Source: a virus
Virus record (IMG/VR): IMGVR_UViG_3300029258_001887
DNA length: 64,000 nt
Strand: one strand, 5' to 3'
Below are positions 1 through 10,272 of this stretch, piece by piece. Made by a program: the position numbers and the translations under genes. Within the stretch, counting starts at the first letter, position 1. Every line of letters begins with the position of its first letter. The notes under the pieces were generated by a model. The model made no database searches and had not been told where the DNA came from. It saw only the letters and a list, made by a program, of their open reading frames with translations.

Positions 1-2
1 CA

Positions 3-761
3 TCGTTGGGCACACTGCTGGAAGGCTATGTGATACCAACGTCGCCGACTCAGAAGAACGTTACGGTTAACGAAAAAGACGCAGTTGTCACCTTCAGCTT
101 TAGCTGGTCTGCTGGTGAAGATGCTGATTACACACAGGGTAATGAGGCTACCTTATCCTACAATGCTAGAGATGGTGTCTACACTCTTTCGCTCAGTGTT
201 GATATCGAAGGCAAGGGGGATACGAAAACAGCACGGCTCAATAATGCTAGAAGCAATATCCCATCAGATACCGACGCCAGAACACTAGCTCAGACCTTGA
301 TCGGATCGCAAAAGCCCGCTGGTGTTACCTTTACTGGTACCCATATAGCCAAAACGAGTGCGTTGAACGAAACAAGGGGGACATCTCGGACGGCGTGGAC
401 CTGGACAGACAAGGACGAGAACAATGTCGATATTGTCGTCGATATTGCATATCCACAAATTATGGCAGCAAAGTTGTTTATTCCTGGCCGAATAGCTGGC
501 CCAATCATTCAGCGGATCAACACAGCTACCGCCCAACAGATTAGTGTAAGCTATCGTTCCGAGGGGCATGGGTCAACAAAGCCTGATACTGATACGGTTG
601 CTGATACCATGGATGCAGCAGGGGGTGTACCGTATGGTCCTCTGATCAGTCCGTGGTATCCTGGGTCATACATTCTAGAGAGTGATCATGAAGTGTGGAA
701 TCCCACAACTGGTAAATACTCTCGTACTAGGGTGCATACGGTAACGGAGAGTGGATCGTAA
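3..761 (+). CDS. putative virion/tail protein, 5'-partial
   Basis: Frame is open from the window edge; Thr/Ser-rich; TAATG-coupled to the next large ORF. Confidence 0.5.
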   Translation, partial: SLGTLLEGYVIPTSPTQKNVTVNEKDAVVTFSFSWSAGEDADYTQGNEATLSYNARDGVYTLSLSVDIEGKGDTKTARLNNARSNIPSDTDARTLAQTLIGSQKPAGVTFTGTHIAKTSALNETRGTSRTAWTWTDKDENNVDIVVDIAYPQIMAAKLFIPGRIAGPIIQRINTATAQQISVSYRSEGHGSTKPDTDTVADTMDAAGGVPYGPLISPWYPGSYILESDHEVWNPTTGKYSRTRVHTVTESGS

Positions 762-3163
762 TGGCTACTGTAATATATGATGATACATGGGGTGCTCGAA
801 CAACCAAGGTGTTCGGCTGTTCTTTCAAGAGCATTACTGCGCAGATGGGTTTCAATAGCCAACCCATTGTGTTTACCGTTACAGTTGTCGAGGAAGAGGA
901 TCAGGATTTTACTCTGGACCAGTATGATGTGCGATCTGCTCAGTATGTTGCTTTTGGTGAATTGAGTATTATTGGTATTGTTCAATCTTGGGAAAAAACA
1001 ACTACTGATCCGGCTGGCACAGGTATTTATGTGGTTCGCTTGACAGATTGTCGGACTGTCTTAGATGCCGCCCATATTTCTAATGTGTATGTTGATGATG
1101 GCGACCCAGAGGTATCACTTATTGGTGGTAATAATATTTTTGTTCCCACCAAGACTGATGAATCCACATCTACTAGTAATCGAGAACAAGATAGTGGAAG
1201 ACCGTTCGCCGATATTATAGATCGTGTTGAGGCAGCTACATTAGAGTATGGTAACAATACTTTTGAAGTAGACATGACAGCACTCAAGGATTTGACCAAT
1301 CTGCGCGGCGAGGGTGTTGAGGAATACTACATCGAAGGTGAAGTCCGTTCGTTGGTTTCCGTGATCACCGAGTTCTGCAATGCTGTAGGTGCAGAATGGT
1401 GGGTTGAATCTCGTCGCAAGAGTGTTGTTGATGACACCATTGTTATTGAAATCCAGGTAATTCGTAGACTAGATGGTATTGGTAATCCGCTCGCGCTTGA
1501 TATGGATGAGCTTGCAGCGCTACACGAAGGCCATATCATTCGTCGTAAAGATGGATATGAAAATACTGATACCACCACTCATCAGGTTGTTTGGGGTGGT
1601 GTGAAGAGAAAGCTGCACCAAGTCCACGGTGTCGATATCAAACAGTTTTGGGGATTTAATTCTGTCGGACAACCACTATCTTCTCCTGCTTATACTATTC
1701 CCGGAGAGCCTTCTTCCCGACGATTTGACACGACAACAGAACAAATGACGGATGCTCTTAATGGTGATCTCAATGATTCTATGGATGCTGACCAGTTGGC
1801 GGCACTCAAAAGATATATCAATGATTATTGGGGTAAACGCTTCTATGTCCCGCTGAGCAAGAGCGTGATGTCTGATGCTGGTCAAGACCTTGCCAATTAT
1901 CCAGAAATTATTCCAGCAGGATGGTGGGAAGGTAGTCTGCATCCTATTGGTACACAACTTTTTGAGCCTGACGTAATGTTGAAAATGACAACCGAAGATG
2001 GTCGATGGGGGCCATTTGTTCACTTATCAAATTTGGTGCTATATGGGTCTGGCACGGTTGAATCTCCACGACAGGCTAAGTATGTGACTTGGGGTGGTGT
2101 TGTTCGTAACTCAAGTAATTTGATATCCCACAACGATGAAGCATATATGAAATGTACTCTGGAGCAATATGGCCGATACGTAATTATTGTTCTACCGGTA
2201 GCCCTAACCAGAAGTTATATTGATCCCGATACAGGAGACGTAAATTCTGCGATTGATGTCAGACACGAAAGTTTGTTTAATGCATGGCTCCCACTGATGG
2301 ATCGTGGTGTTCATTATGGCCCATGGAGTAATACTTCGTTAACCAGAAGTAGAGTGCCTTCTCCTGGTCGTGCTGAAGTTTCGGTTGACAAGGATTTGGT
2401 CCCATGGACCTTCGGTGTCCGTGGTATGTTGCATACTACGGCTATGAATCAGTTGACTGATATGGCGGCTCAGAAAATTGATACAATGCCAGGGCTATCA
2501 GTTATCAATACTGGGCAACTTGAGGTAGCAGGTGTCCCACAAGTTAATATAGGGCAAGCGATAGGTCTTGGTGGTAGTATCACCGAAATCTTTATCCGCT
2601 TTGATGCCAACGGTGTCACCACCAGGTATGTGATGAATCTGTATACCAGAGAACTTGGTGAATTCAAACGGAAACGCCAGGAAGAACGGGAAAAGGATCA
2701 GGAGCAGGACGAGAAAGAACCAGAGGATGACTATCCAGAAGATAAGGACGATATGGAGCAACCACCAGAGCCAGAATCGGCTCCAGAGACCGAAGAGGTT
2801 GAACAGCTTGAAGGCCCAGATGATGGTACAAGGAGATATGTTTATCAAAAACCCGAAGGTGGGTTGGGAATTATTTCAGTTAAAGAGGGTGGTCCTTTTT
2901 ATTCTGTTAGACGTTTAAATTATCAAGATATTGATCCAGATAGTTTTGCTGGTGGTATTGATATAACTGGATCATATTTTTTAGCAGAATGGAATAGCGT
3001 AAGGAATTTAGCAGAACCAGATACTAGTCCAGGATTATTACCTGTTGGTACAAAGGTAACTGTTAGCATTTTTGCAGAAAGCGAAACTGGACCATTTATT
3101 CCGTACATAGAACAAACTCCACAAGTTTTTTCTCCTCCACCTACTGAAAATGGAGAGGATTAA
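761..3163 (+). CDS. putative tail/baseplate-hub-like structural protein (800 aa) with acidic linker
   Basis: Long ORF in the + strand block; late segment ITEIFIRFDANGVTTRY resembles tail-protein C-termini; E/D/P-rich linker; function inferred from context. Confidence 0.5.
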   Translation: MATVIYDDTWGARTTKVFGCSFKSITAQMGFNSQPIVFTVTVVEEEDQDFTLDQYDVRSAQYVAFGELSIIGIVQSWEKTTTDPAGTGIYVVRLTDCRTVLDAAHISNVYVDDGDPEVSLIGGNNIFVPTKTDESTSTSNREQDSGRPFADIIDRVEAATLEYGNNTFEVDMTALKDLTNLRGEGVEEYYIEGEVRSLVSVITEFCNAVGAEWWVESRRKSVVDDTIVIEIQVIRRLDGIGNPLALDMDELAALHEGHIIRRKDGYENTDTTTHQVVWGGVKRKLHQVHGVDIKQFWGFNSVGQPLSSPAYTIPGEPSSRRFDTTTEQMTDALNGDLNDSMDADQLAALKRYINDYWGKRFYVPLSKSVMSDAGQDLANYPEIIPAGWWEGSLHPIGTQLFEPDVMLKMTTEDGRWGPFVHLSNLVLYGSGTVESPRQAKYVTWGGVVRNSSNLISHNDEAYMKCTLEQYGRYVIIVLPVALTRSYIDPDTGDVNSAIDVRHESLFNAWLPLMDRGVHYGPWSNTSLTRSRVPSPGRAEVSVDKDLVPWTFGVRGMLHTTAMNQLTDMAAQKIDTMPGLSVINTGQLEVAGVPQVNIGQAIGLGGSITEIFIRFDANGVTTRYVMNLYTRELGEFKRKRQEEREKDQEQDEKEPEDDYPEDKDDMEQPPEPESAPETEEVEQLEGPDDGTRRYVYQKPEGGLGIISVKEGGPFYSVRRLNYQDIDPDSFAGGIDITGSYFLAEWNSVRNLAEPDTSPGLLPVGTKVTVSIFAESETGPFIPYIEQTPQVFSPPPTENGED

Positions 3164-3164
3164 A

Positions 3165-4955
3165 ATGTCTATAGGCGATATTCGTCAAAATAAATTAATG
3201 AGTTTAGCTGCACATGGTTACAATCCTTTTCAGCCCGATTTGGGGATTATGTGTGGTGGATATCCAGGGCCGCTATATCCTAATCCAACTACATTAATAT
3301 ATCCTGGTTTTGATCCATATTTGTATATTAATCCGACACCCACAATTTATACTCCAGATATCGATTATACTGGATTGGGTGTAGGTAATCCAGGCATAGA
3401 TTATAAAAATCCTGGACATATATTGGGTTTGTTGGATACGTTTAGTAGAATGTCCTATGGCATAGCTATGTGGAATAATATTTATGCTGGTAATGATATA
3501 GATGGTGGATTTAGTCCTGTAGTGAATATTGAGATACCATTTATCGACATGGAAAATGAAGATGGAACTTATTTAAAAACTTCTGATATATATCCCAGCT
3601 TGTCGGAGATACCAACAGATTGGGTCAATAGTTTTGAAATATTATCTAATGGTAGAGTTGTACCTGATCCAAGACCTTTGTCTGCTTTTGTTACTTATCC
3701 AGCTAATTTACCATCTTTTACAACAATTGATGAAGATCAGTTTTATCGTTTGTTTAACAATAAAACTGTTTTGTCATACATAGGTATGCCACAATACTTG
3801 AGAGAAGTAATTGCTAATATGTATGAATATGCCAGGACAATGGATGAGCAAGTAGAATTACCTTTCACTATACCTGATGAGGAAGCAGCCGATTTTAATT
3901 TTTATAGTGATCAAGCAAGTTGGCATACTGATCTTCCAGAAAATTATAAAGGTGAAAGAAATTCTAAGGGAAAAATGTTTATTCAATGTAAATCTTTAGA
4001 TCCCACAAATGCATTAAAAGTATTAACTGGATCAGATGAGTACCACGATGGTGATGGCGAATTAAATGATTATAGATCATTAACAGAATTAAACTCAGTA
4101 GTAAATTTATTACCAGCACAAATGGTCGGTGCTCAATTCTGGACAGATACCAAGGGATATATGGAATCATTTTCTCCAATTGGTGGATGGTCATATTATG
4201 TTGGTCCTGAAACAGGTCGCACCTTTACTTATACTTCATATATGATTGTAGATTTTGTTATTAATGTGTCAGATTTACCCATAAATTTTGATGATCCAGA
4301 ATCAGGAGAAGTAACAATCAACGGAGAAGCTATTATCCGTAGTCCTATAAGTGATCCAACTAGTTATTATTATACAGAAAGTTCAACATGGTTTTTTTCC
4401 CCAGCCCATGTTCCACCACACGATCCAATAGAATATAACAATTATGAGTATGGATGTGGTCAATCTCTTAAAAAAACTGCTAGAATTAATATGTCTATGA
4501 AAAATAAATTTGGATGGGACAGTAGATGGTTAGGAAATGAATTATCAGAAGATCAACATAGTGAATTTGACGAATTTGAAGATGTAGCTACTGAAGGTGG
4601 CATTGTTCCTGGTGTTGGTTTCATAACATGTGATCAAAGCGATTTGATTGTTCCGTTTGATTATACTTTTGTATTAGCTGCCGGTTGTACAGCTATACGT
4701 CTGAGAGCTTATCTTCAAAATCGTCACTCGATAGATATGATACCAGCACCATTGTTTAATCCATTCAGTCCTGGACCTTATTCTCCAGGTCCGGGTATAA
4801 CATACATAATAACTAATAGTGGGCCAATTGGTGACCCTGATTCTGTTCCTAATAACCTGGTATCATCAAATATAGAATTTTCTTTTTCGGTTGTGGGGAC
4901 TAATATGAATAATTTATCATATGAATTTTCTATTGGTGGTAGTGATATTGAATAA
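3165..4955 (+). CDS. hypothetical virion protein, AT-rich, Pro/Tyr-rich N-terminus
   Basis: ~597-aa ORF with GGAGAGG before ATG 3165; no recognised domain. Confidence 0.5.
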   Translation: MSIGDIRQNKLMSLAAHGYNPFQPDLGIMCGGYPGPLYPNPTTLIYPGFDPYLYINPTPTIYTPDIDYTGLGVGNPGIDYKNPGHILGLLDTFSRMSYGIAMWNNIYAGNDIDGGFSPVVNIEIPFIDMENEDGTYLKTSDIYPSLSEIPTDWVNSFEILSNGRVVPDPRPLSAFVTYPANLPSFTTIDEDQFYRLFNNKTVLSYIGMPQYLREVIANMYEYARTMDEQVELPFTIPDEEAADFNFYSDQASWHTDLPENYKGERNSKGKMFIQCKSLDPTNALKVLTGSDEYHDGDGELNDYRSLTELNSVVNLLPAQMVGAQFWTDTKGYMESFSPIGGWSYYVGPETGRTFTYTSYMIVDFVINVSDLPINFDDPESGEVTINGEAIIRSPISDPTSYYYTESSTWFFSPAHVPPHDPIEYNNYEYGCGQSLKKTARINMSMKNKFGWDSRWLGNELSEDQHSEFDEFEDVATEGGIVPGVGFITCDQSDLIVPFDYTFVLAAGCTAIRLRAYLQNRHSIDMIPAPLFNPFSPGPYSPGPGITYIITNSGPIGDPDSVPNNLVSSNIEFSFSVVGTNMNNLSYEFSIGGSDIE

Positions 4956-4969
4956 TGGTGGGAGGAAAA

Positions 4970-5605
4970 ATGGCGACTTTGCAGTTGTATGCTGGTGAAA
5001 ACACATTAGTATCTACCGGTTCTGGTTTGGGATTCTTCGGGGACAATGGTTTTGGTTCACCGATAACTATTGGTGACTACAATGGTCGTACTTTTGTGAC
5101 TAATTCTGATGGTACAATAGAAGGTTTTGAGTGTAACAACAATAGGTATAGCGGTGTATCTGGTATTATTCATGGCCAGATTGGTTCTGGGATTCTGCTT
5201 CAAAAATTGCCAAATGAACTAGCAACTGTGAATATTAGATTCACACATGATTCTGCGGTGTATTGTCAGAATGCAAAGTTGTGGGTATTCGATGGCAGTT
5301 TTAATGGTATAACAGCTAGAAAAGAACAACCAGCAGAAAATCTAACATTTTATGCTGCTGAAATACGGCACCGTAGTAGACTCCAATCAGAAACTAGTGT
5401 TTATAGTGATTCAACATGGTCGAATGTGAGTGCTTCTGGTTCAAATTATATCGGATTGGTGAATTCGCCCGGCAGAAATGGTGTGAGACTAGGTGGTTTT
5501 GAGGAATTAAGCACTCAACATGATTGGTATGTCGCTTTGACTTGTACTCCCACCCAACTCGGTGATAAACAATTTGGCATGACTTTCGAGATGGAATATC
5601 TGTAG
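4970..5605 (+). CDS. putative virion protein, paralog of 9223..9873
   Basis: GGAGG RBS; shares SGLGFFG, NIRFT, SPG, HDWYV, TP..G.K..FG and EYL-stop with 9223..9873. Confidence 0.65.
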   Translation: MATLQLYAGENTLVSTGSGLGFFGDNGFGSPITIGDYNGRTFVTNSDGTIEGFECNNNRYSGVSGIIHGQIGSGILLQKLPNELATVNIRFTHDSAVYCQNAKLWVFDGSFNGITARKEQPAENLTFYAAEIRHRSRLQSETSVYSDSTWSNVSASGSNYIGLVNSPGRNGVRLGGFEELSTQHDWYVALTCTPTQLGDKQFGMTFEMEYL

Positions 5606-5616
5606 GGGTTAGTATT

Positions 5617-8600
5617 ATGCGTATGTATACTATGCATTTTGGTATGGGGATGGAACATACTAAGATGTTTCGTGATCAGGCTCGTGGTAACTTACCTTAC
5701 TCTTTTGTGGGATGGCAAAGTGGTGTAGGTGCTGTGGATGAAGCATATGCAGAAAATTGCCAAATTGTTTCTCACAAAGAGATCTTTGATAGATATGGTG
5801 TTACCGGTGGTCATGGGGCTTATTGTTTAGAAACATGGACGCATTCAAATACGAGCCGTAAAGCAGGCTATTCGTGTATGTTGCATACTGGAGGCAATGG
5901 TGCTGTTAATGCTGAACCTGGGTCAATTCGTGCATTTTATTTAAAATTTGATTTTATGTATACGCATGAATTAGGTGGAGATGTTATTGTTCTTCAACGT
6001 AGTCAAATTTTAGGAACAAAAGAATCTCGTGATCTAACAATAAGTTTGGTTGATGGTTATCTTCAAGTACAAGGTATTAAACATATTACACAGCCCGATA
6101 CTAATCCTCCATCGTATATGAAGACAGCATGGTTGGCAAGAGAAGATGGGCGATTTGGTACTATTCAGCTTGAGCCAAATAAGTGGCACGAAATTCAGGT
6201 ATTCATAAATCCAGCGCAAGGATGGGATACAAGTGAAGTAGGACCAGACCCAATAGGTCTAGGATATTATGTTGTTGATGTGTTTATGCCATTTTTCTCT
6301 GCATATGAAATCAATCCGAATACCCCACCATTATTATACGGTGCTGAGAGTTCTAATCCTGAGTATCCATTACAAATGGATCAATGGCCAGCCAATGGTC
6401 ACCCACAATTTCCGAATACTATGCTGCCTGGTGACGATCAAACAGTTTGGCCACCGGCGAATTACGCCAGTGGACAATATTTCTATCCGGCCAATCTTGG
6501 TTTGGTTTACGTGTGGGTTAATGGCAAGCTGGATATTCAACATACAACCAATATGTTTAACGAACAATCGTCACAAGGATGGTTAGGAGAAAATGTATCA
6601 CAAAAGGTTTACTTAGGTTACACTGTTGCTGGCTCAAACGAAAACAACAATCGGACTGCAAGATTTTTCTTTGATAATATCATTTACAATGATATCCGTG
6701 ATCCGTCTCAATCGTATCCATCCAAAATTTTTGATCCTATGTATTCATCCCACGCCAGTCTTGAATGGAATCCTAAGTATAGCTTGAAATTTACTGCTAT
6801 GGAGATAGACCCAGAATATTGGGACTATGATGCCTATGGTATTCCGAATGGACGTAAACACAACACATGGATGCCAGAATACCCTCGTGGTGCTCTCGTT
6901 CCAAGTGGTGATCCATATTGGGTAGCCGCACCAAATAGATTTGGTGCACCAACCAATGGTATGATACCTCACGGAACGAAACTGACTGTGGTTCATCTTG
7001 ACTGGGATGGTGAATTGCAAGATTATATCGTTCAAGACGGAAACCGAAATTTATATCCAGATTATGAGATAGATTATGGCTATCAACATATACACCCGAA
7101 CGAGAGCAATCCATTCTATGTCAATCAGGATGATCCGCGACTGCGCTCTAACAATTCTGGGAATAAAGCATTATTCTATCTAAAAAGACCACCTGCTGCG
7201 TCTGGCAAACAACCCATGGCGGGTGGTTACGGTCTAGGCGGTGTTAAGAATTATGTTCCAAATATCAATGCAGACATCGGTGAAACATCGTTGCCAGTGA
7301 TTTATCGCATCTGGACATGTGTTCAGGATCATGTGATAGGTGCGTCTGAACCAATTGATCATCAGCATCACATGATACGTGTACCATCTGGTGTTAGCGG
7401 TCATGTTGATTATATCTCAGATCATTGGTGTCCTGGTGATCGTGGAGCGAGAGCATACCATAATGGTACTGCTAGTAATAACAATGGTTATTCTATGGCT
7501 GATTGGCCATACAACCCCGTAACTGGCGAACCATGGACGTGGGATGATCTTGATGCTATTCAAGTAGGTGTATCTCACGAATGGCACAAAGGAAGTAATC
7601 GTGTGCTCACATATACTATGTTTGTTGTAGTAGAACATGCTAGCCCAATTGATCCAGAAGTAAGTATATTGGGGACTAATCTTATTGAGTGGGCCGTTGC
7701 GGATGACATACCATTTTTCATGCAAAAGAAAGCTATGTACCAACCAGGCTGGAGATTCTATGATGTAGGTTCTAATTATCGATACTACAACAGATGGGAT
7801 ATCAGTCCTGCTTTTGCAATTAATAGGTCTAATCGTCAATCTACTGATGGAGAAGCAACTATTACAAATCCACAATATAGCGGTACGATTGATTATGAAT
7901 ACAAGATTCGGTATATCAATGGTGAAGTAATTCAGGGGGCCAATTATCGTAAGTTTGACGAATATTTCCCAAAAGTTTGGGTCTACACAATTGATAATAT
8001 TATTCCAGACAATCCAATGCGTAATCCCTTCAGGGGAGAAGTTATAACAGACGCCAATGGTGATTATTTCACGTTCTTAACATATCCTGTTCTTGAATGG
8101 AATACTAAACGATATCCTACTGATCATGATCTTTCTCCACTTGATAGATATCCTTATGTTCACTATGACTATAATACTCTATATGTGATTCCTCTACATA
8201 CACACAATGTAGCTACATCGATTGATCCAGATGAAGTTCATAGAACCTGGACCGACCCTAATACGCCACCAGCAATTAGTGGTTCGCTTGGTAATACATG
8301 GAAAATCAATAAACAACAGAATGCTTTTAACTTTCAGATTGACCCAGATAGTTACTTTAAAACATTCAGTCCATCATCTGTCATGAATCACATGGTTACA
8401 CATCCAAACGAAAATATTGACACTACATATCCAGTTTCTCGTACTGGCCATGATTATTACTTCCAGGCACCAGATTTAGCATCCGGGTCTGTTATGCAAA
8501 CTATCCTATTGACTGATAAGCTCGGTGTACCAGAAGAAGGTATTGATCATGAATTGTATGATGCCCACATCGGTCTTTATCAAACTACTGTTAATCAAGC

Positions 8601-9129
8601 TATCAATGATACGGGCGAGGGTAGATTTGATTTCTATAGTGGCAACCCTGGTGCCGATACCTTCATTTCAGGATACACTTTTGGGCCAGACGGAACAGCA
8701 GGGTGGCATCTGAATGAAGCCAATATTACTATCCCATCAGGTACCCGTCAAGTAAGATTTATGTTCACCGCTATCAGGAACACGGTTGGGCCGAAGTCTC
8801 CGGGAGGGACTCTGGGTGGAACTTCCAATTTCGCGGCTTTCGACGAGCCATTTTTCATAATTAACATGGGGTCAGGTTACTTTGGAAACAGCTACCATCC
8901 AGCAGACACAAATCAGGATAGTCGGATTGGTTCCAGGGAATTGGCTCAGTATATTGGCATGTGGCAGAGTGGAATTCTCCCGATGGGTGTAGCGAAGGAC
9001 TATCTTACCAGAGCCGAACGTATTTGGCAGAGTGGATATTCTACATTTTTTGGTGATCCTTCTGGTGGAAGATACACTGACCACGGTGGCTCCAAACCAG
9101 AGAGATGGATGGGTTCAGGTTACGTTTAA
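5617..9129 (+). CDS. large putative virion/receptor-binding protein (1170 aa) with C-terminal EF-hand/dockerin-like motif
   Basis: Long ORF; NPVTGEPWTWDDLDAIQVGV motif; C-terminal HPADTNQDSRIGSRELAQYIGMW. Confidence 0.55.
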   Translation: MRMYTMHFGMGMEHTKMFRDQARGNLPYSFVGWQSGVGAVDEAYAENCQIVSHKEIFDRYGVTGGHGAYCLETWTHSNTSRKAGYSCMLHTGGNGAVNAEPGSIRAFYLKFDFMYTHELGGDVIVLQRSQILGTKESRDLTISLVDGYLQVQGIKHITQPDTNPPSYMKTAWLAREDGRFGTIQLEPNKWHEIQVFINPAQGWDTSEVGPDPIGLGYYVVDVFMPFFSAYEINPNTPPLLYGAESSNPEYPLQMDQWPANGHPQFPNTMLPGDDQTVWPPANYASGQYFYPANLGLVYVWVNGKLDIQHTTNMFNEQSSQGWLGENVSQKVYLGYTVAGSNENNNRTARFFFDNIIYNDIRDPSQSYPSKIFDPMYSSHASLEWNPKYSLKFTAMEIDPEYWDYDAYGIPNGRKHNTWMPEYPRGALVPSGDPYWVAAPNRFGAPTNGMIPHGTKLTVVHLDWDGELQDYIVQDGNRNLYPDYEIDYGYQHIHPNESNPFYVNQDDPRLRSNNSGNKALFYLKRPPAASGKQPMAGGYGLGGVKNYVPNINADIGETSLPVIYRIWTCVQDHVIGASEPIDHQHHMIRVPSGVSGHVDYISDHWCPGDRGARAYHNGTASNNNGYSMADWPYNPVTGEPWTWDDLDAIQVGVSHEWHKGSNRVLTYTMFVVVEHASPIDPEVSILGTNLIEWAVADDIPFFMQKKAMYQPGWRFYDVGSNYRYYNRWDISPAFAINRSNRQSTDGEATITNPQYSGTIDYEYKIRYINGEVIQGANYRKFDEYFPKVWVYTIDNIIPDNPMRNPFRGEVITDANGDYFTFLTYPVLEWNTKRYPTDHDLSPLDRYPYVHYDYNTLYVIPLHTHNVATSIDPDEVHRTWTDPNTPPAISGSLGNTWKINKQQNAFNFQIDPDSYFKTFSPSSVMNHMVTHPNENIDTTYPVSRTGHDYYFQAPDLASGSVMQTILLTDKLGVPEEGIDHELYDAHIGLYQTTVNQAINDTGEGRFDFYSGNPGADTFISGYTFGPDGTAGWHLNEANITIPSGTRQVRFMFTAIRNTVGPKSPGGTLGGTSNFAAFDEPFFIINMGSGYFGNSYHPADTNQDSRIGSRELAQYIGMWQSGILPMGVAKDYLTRAERIWQSGYSTFFGDPSGGRYTDHGGSKPERWMGSGYV

Positions 9130-9168
9130 GAAATAAAGTGGGATTCAAGGTCCATTTCTTGGGCTGTT

Positions 9169-9178
9169 GGTGTATAAT
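9169..9178 (+). promoter_or_regulatory. putative promoter -10 element (GGTGTATAAT)
   Basis: TATAAT in intergenic DNA ~45 nt upstream of 9223; GGTGTATAA recurs at 50666-50674 (-). Confidence 0.45.
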
Positions 9179-9222
9179 AGAGTGGATGAAGTGTAGGCTT
9201 TTGAAAAACGAAATGGGAGGGG

Positions 9223-9873
9223 GTGAAAGACATGGCAGCAGCGATTAACTTCTATGCAGGGCAAGGTGGTGGAACCTGGGTCGATCTGAATTCGTCTGGT
9301 CTAGGCTTTTTCGGTGCATCGTTTGGAACTTCGGTTCAAGTCGGGGAGTATCAGGATAGCACCTACATCAGCGCGAGTGACGGTAGTGCCCCAGCGGGTC
9401 CAGAAGCCACGAACTGCAAGTATGACACTGTGACTTCCGGTGTGATCATCGATGGTGCGGAAGCAGTCGTTCCGTCAGCGGTGGCGATCAACTCTGGTAC
9501 GCTGAACATCCGTTTCACGTTTGATACGGCTGTGAAGACCCAGAATTGTCAGCTTCGCATTTTTGACCGCTCTAATATCAACAATGGCGCTGAAGGTGTA
9601 ACGACTCAGGTGCTTCAGGTGTGTAACGGTGGTTCTGGTGTTAGTTCCAGTGGTACAGCGCTTGCTCCGGGTAGCCATCCTGGATGGATTGCACCATCTG
9701 GTTCTGGCGTCACGGTGCCTTTGCTGAGCAGTCCAGGTGAGAGTGGCTTGAGTCCGTCTGGTACGGATACTCAGGACGATCGTCACGACTGGTACGTTTG
9801 CATTTCGGCTACGCCGTTGAGTATCGGTTCGAAGGAGAACTTCGGACTGTACGTCCAGCTTGAGTATCTGTAA
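9223..9873 (+). CDS. putative abundant virion protein, Ser-Gly-rich, paralog of 4970..5605
   Basis: Has its own promoter-like site, a GGAGG RBS and a downstream terminator; paralogy is visible in the sequence. Confidence 0.65.
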   Translation: MKDMAAAINFYAGQGGGTWVDLNSSGLGFFGASFGTSVQVGEYQDSTYISASDGSAPAGPEATNCKYDTVTSGVIIDGAEAVVPSAVAINSGTLNIRFTFDTAVKTQNCQLRIFDRSNINNGAEGVTTQVLQVCNGGSGVSSSGTALAPGSHPGWIAPSGSGVTVPLLSSPGESGLSPSGTDTQDDRHDWYVCISATPLSIGSKENFGLYVQLEYL

Positions 9874-9893
9874 TCCACAGTCAGCAACGAATC

Positions 9894-9940
9894 AGGGGGG
9901 GGCGTTCCGTGACCCGACGCGGATAGCCCCCTTTTCTCTT
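9894..9940 (+). terminator. Rho-independent terminator
   Basis: GGGGGC...GCCCCC stem with inner TCCGTG/CGCGGA pairing, followed by TTTTCTCTT. Confidence 0.6.
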
Positions 9941-9953
9941 TCTTGGGTGACCT

Positions 9954-10271
9954 ATGTGGCAAAAAACAACAGGACTTGACGGAGAGATTTACGATTCAAA
10001 ATCTGAAGCCGACGTGGCAGATTGGCTTCTTGTCAACGATATCGAATATGTGCCGCACAAACGACTACCAAAACCGAGCCGTAGTATCTGTGACTTTTAT
10101 CTACCTGAATACGATTTGTGGGTCGAATATGATGGGTTGATGGAGGTTCGTGCGGACAACAAGTTGGAACGAAAAAAGGCATTCTATGAGAAACACGGGT
10201 TGAAATTCTTGGTCATTACCAGAGATCATTGGCAAAGAGACTTACTGGAGCGGATAGAACTAGGAGGATAG
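9954..10271 (+). CDS. small PD-(D/E)XK endonuclease-like protein
   Basis: YDSKSEADVADWL...CDFYLPEYDLWVEYDG motif. Confidence 0.65.
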   Translation: MWQKTTGLDGEIYDSKSEADVADWLLVNDIEYVPHKRLPKPSRSICDFYLPEYDLWVEYDGLMEVRADNKLERKKAFYEKHGLKFLVITRDHWQRDLLERIELGG

Positions 10272-10272
10272 A

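Noticed and set aside
3165-9129. Diversity-generating retroelement target
   Set aside because: No reverse transcriptase and no template/variable repeat pair noticed
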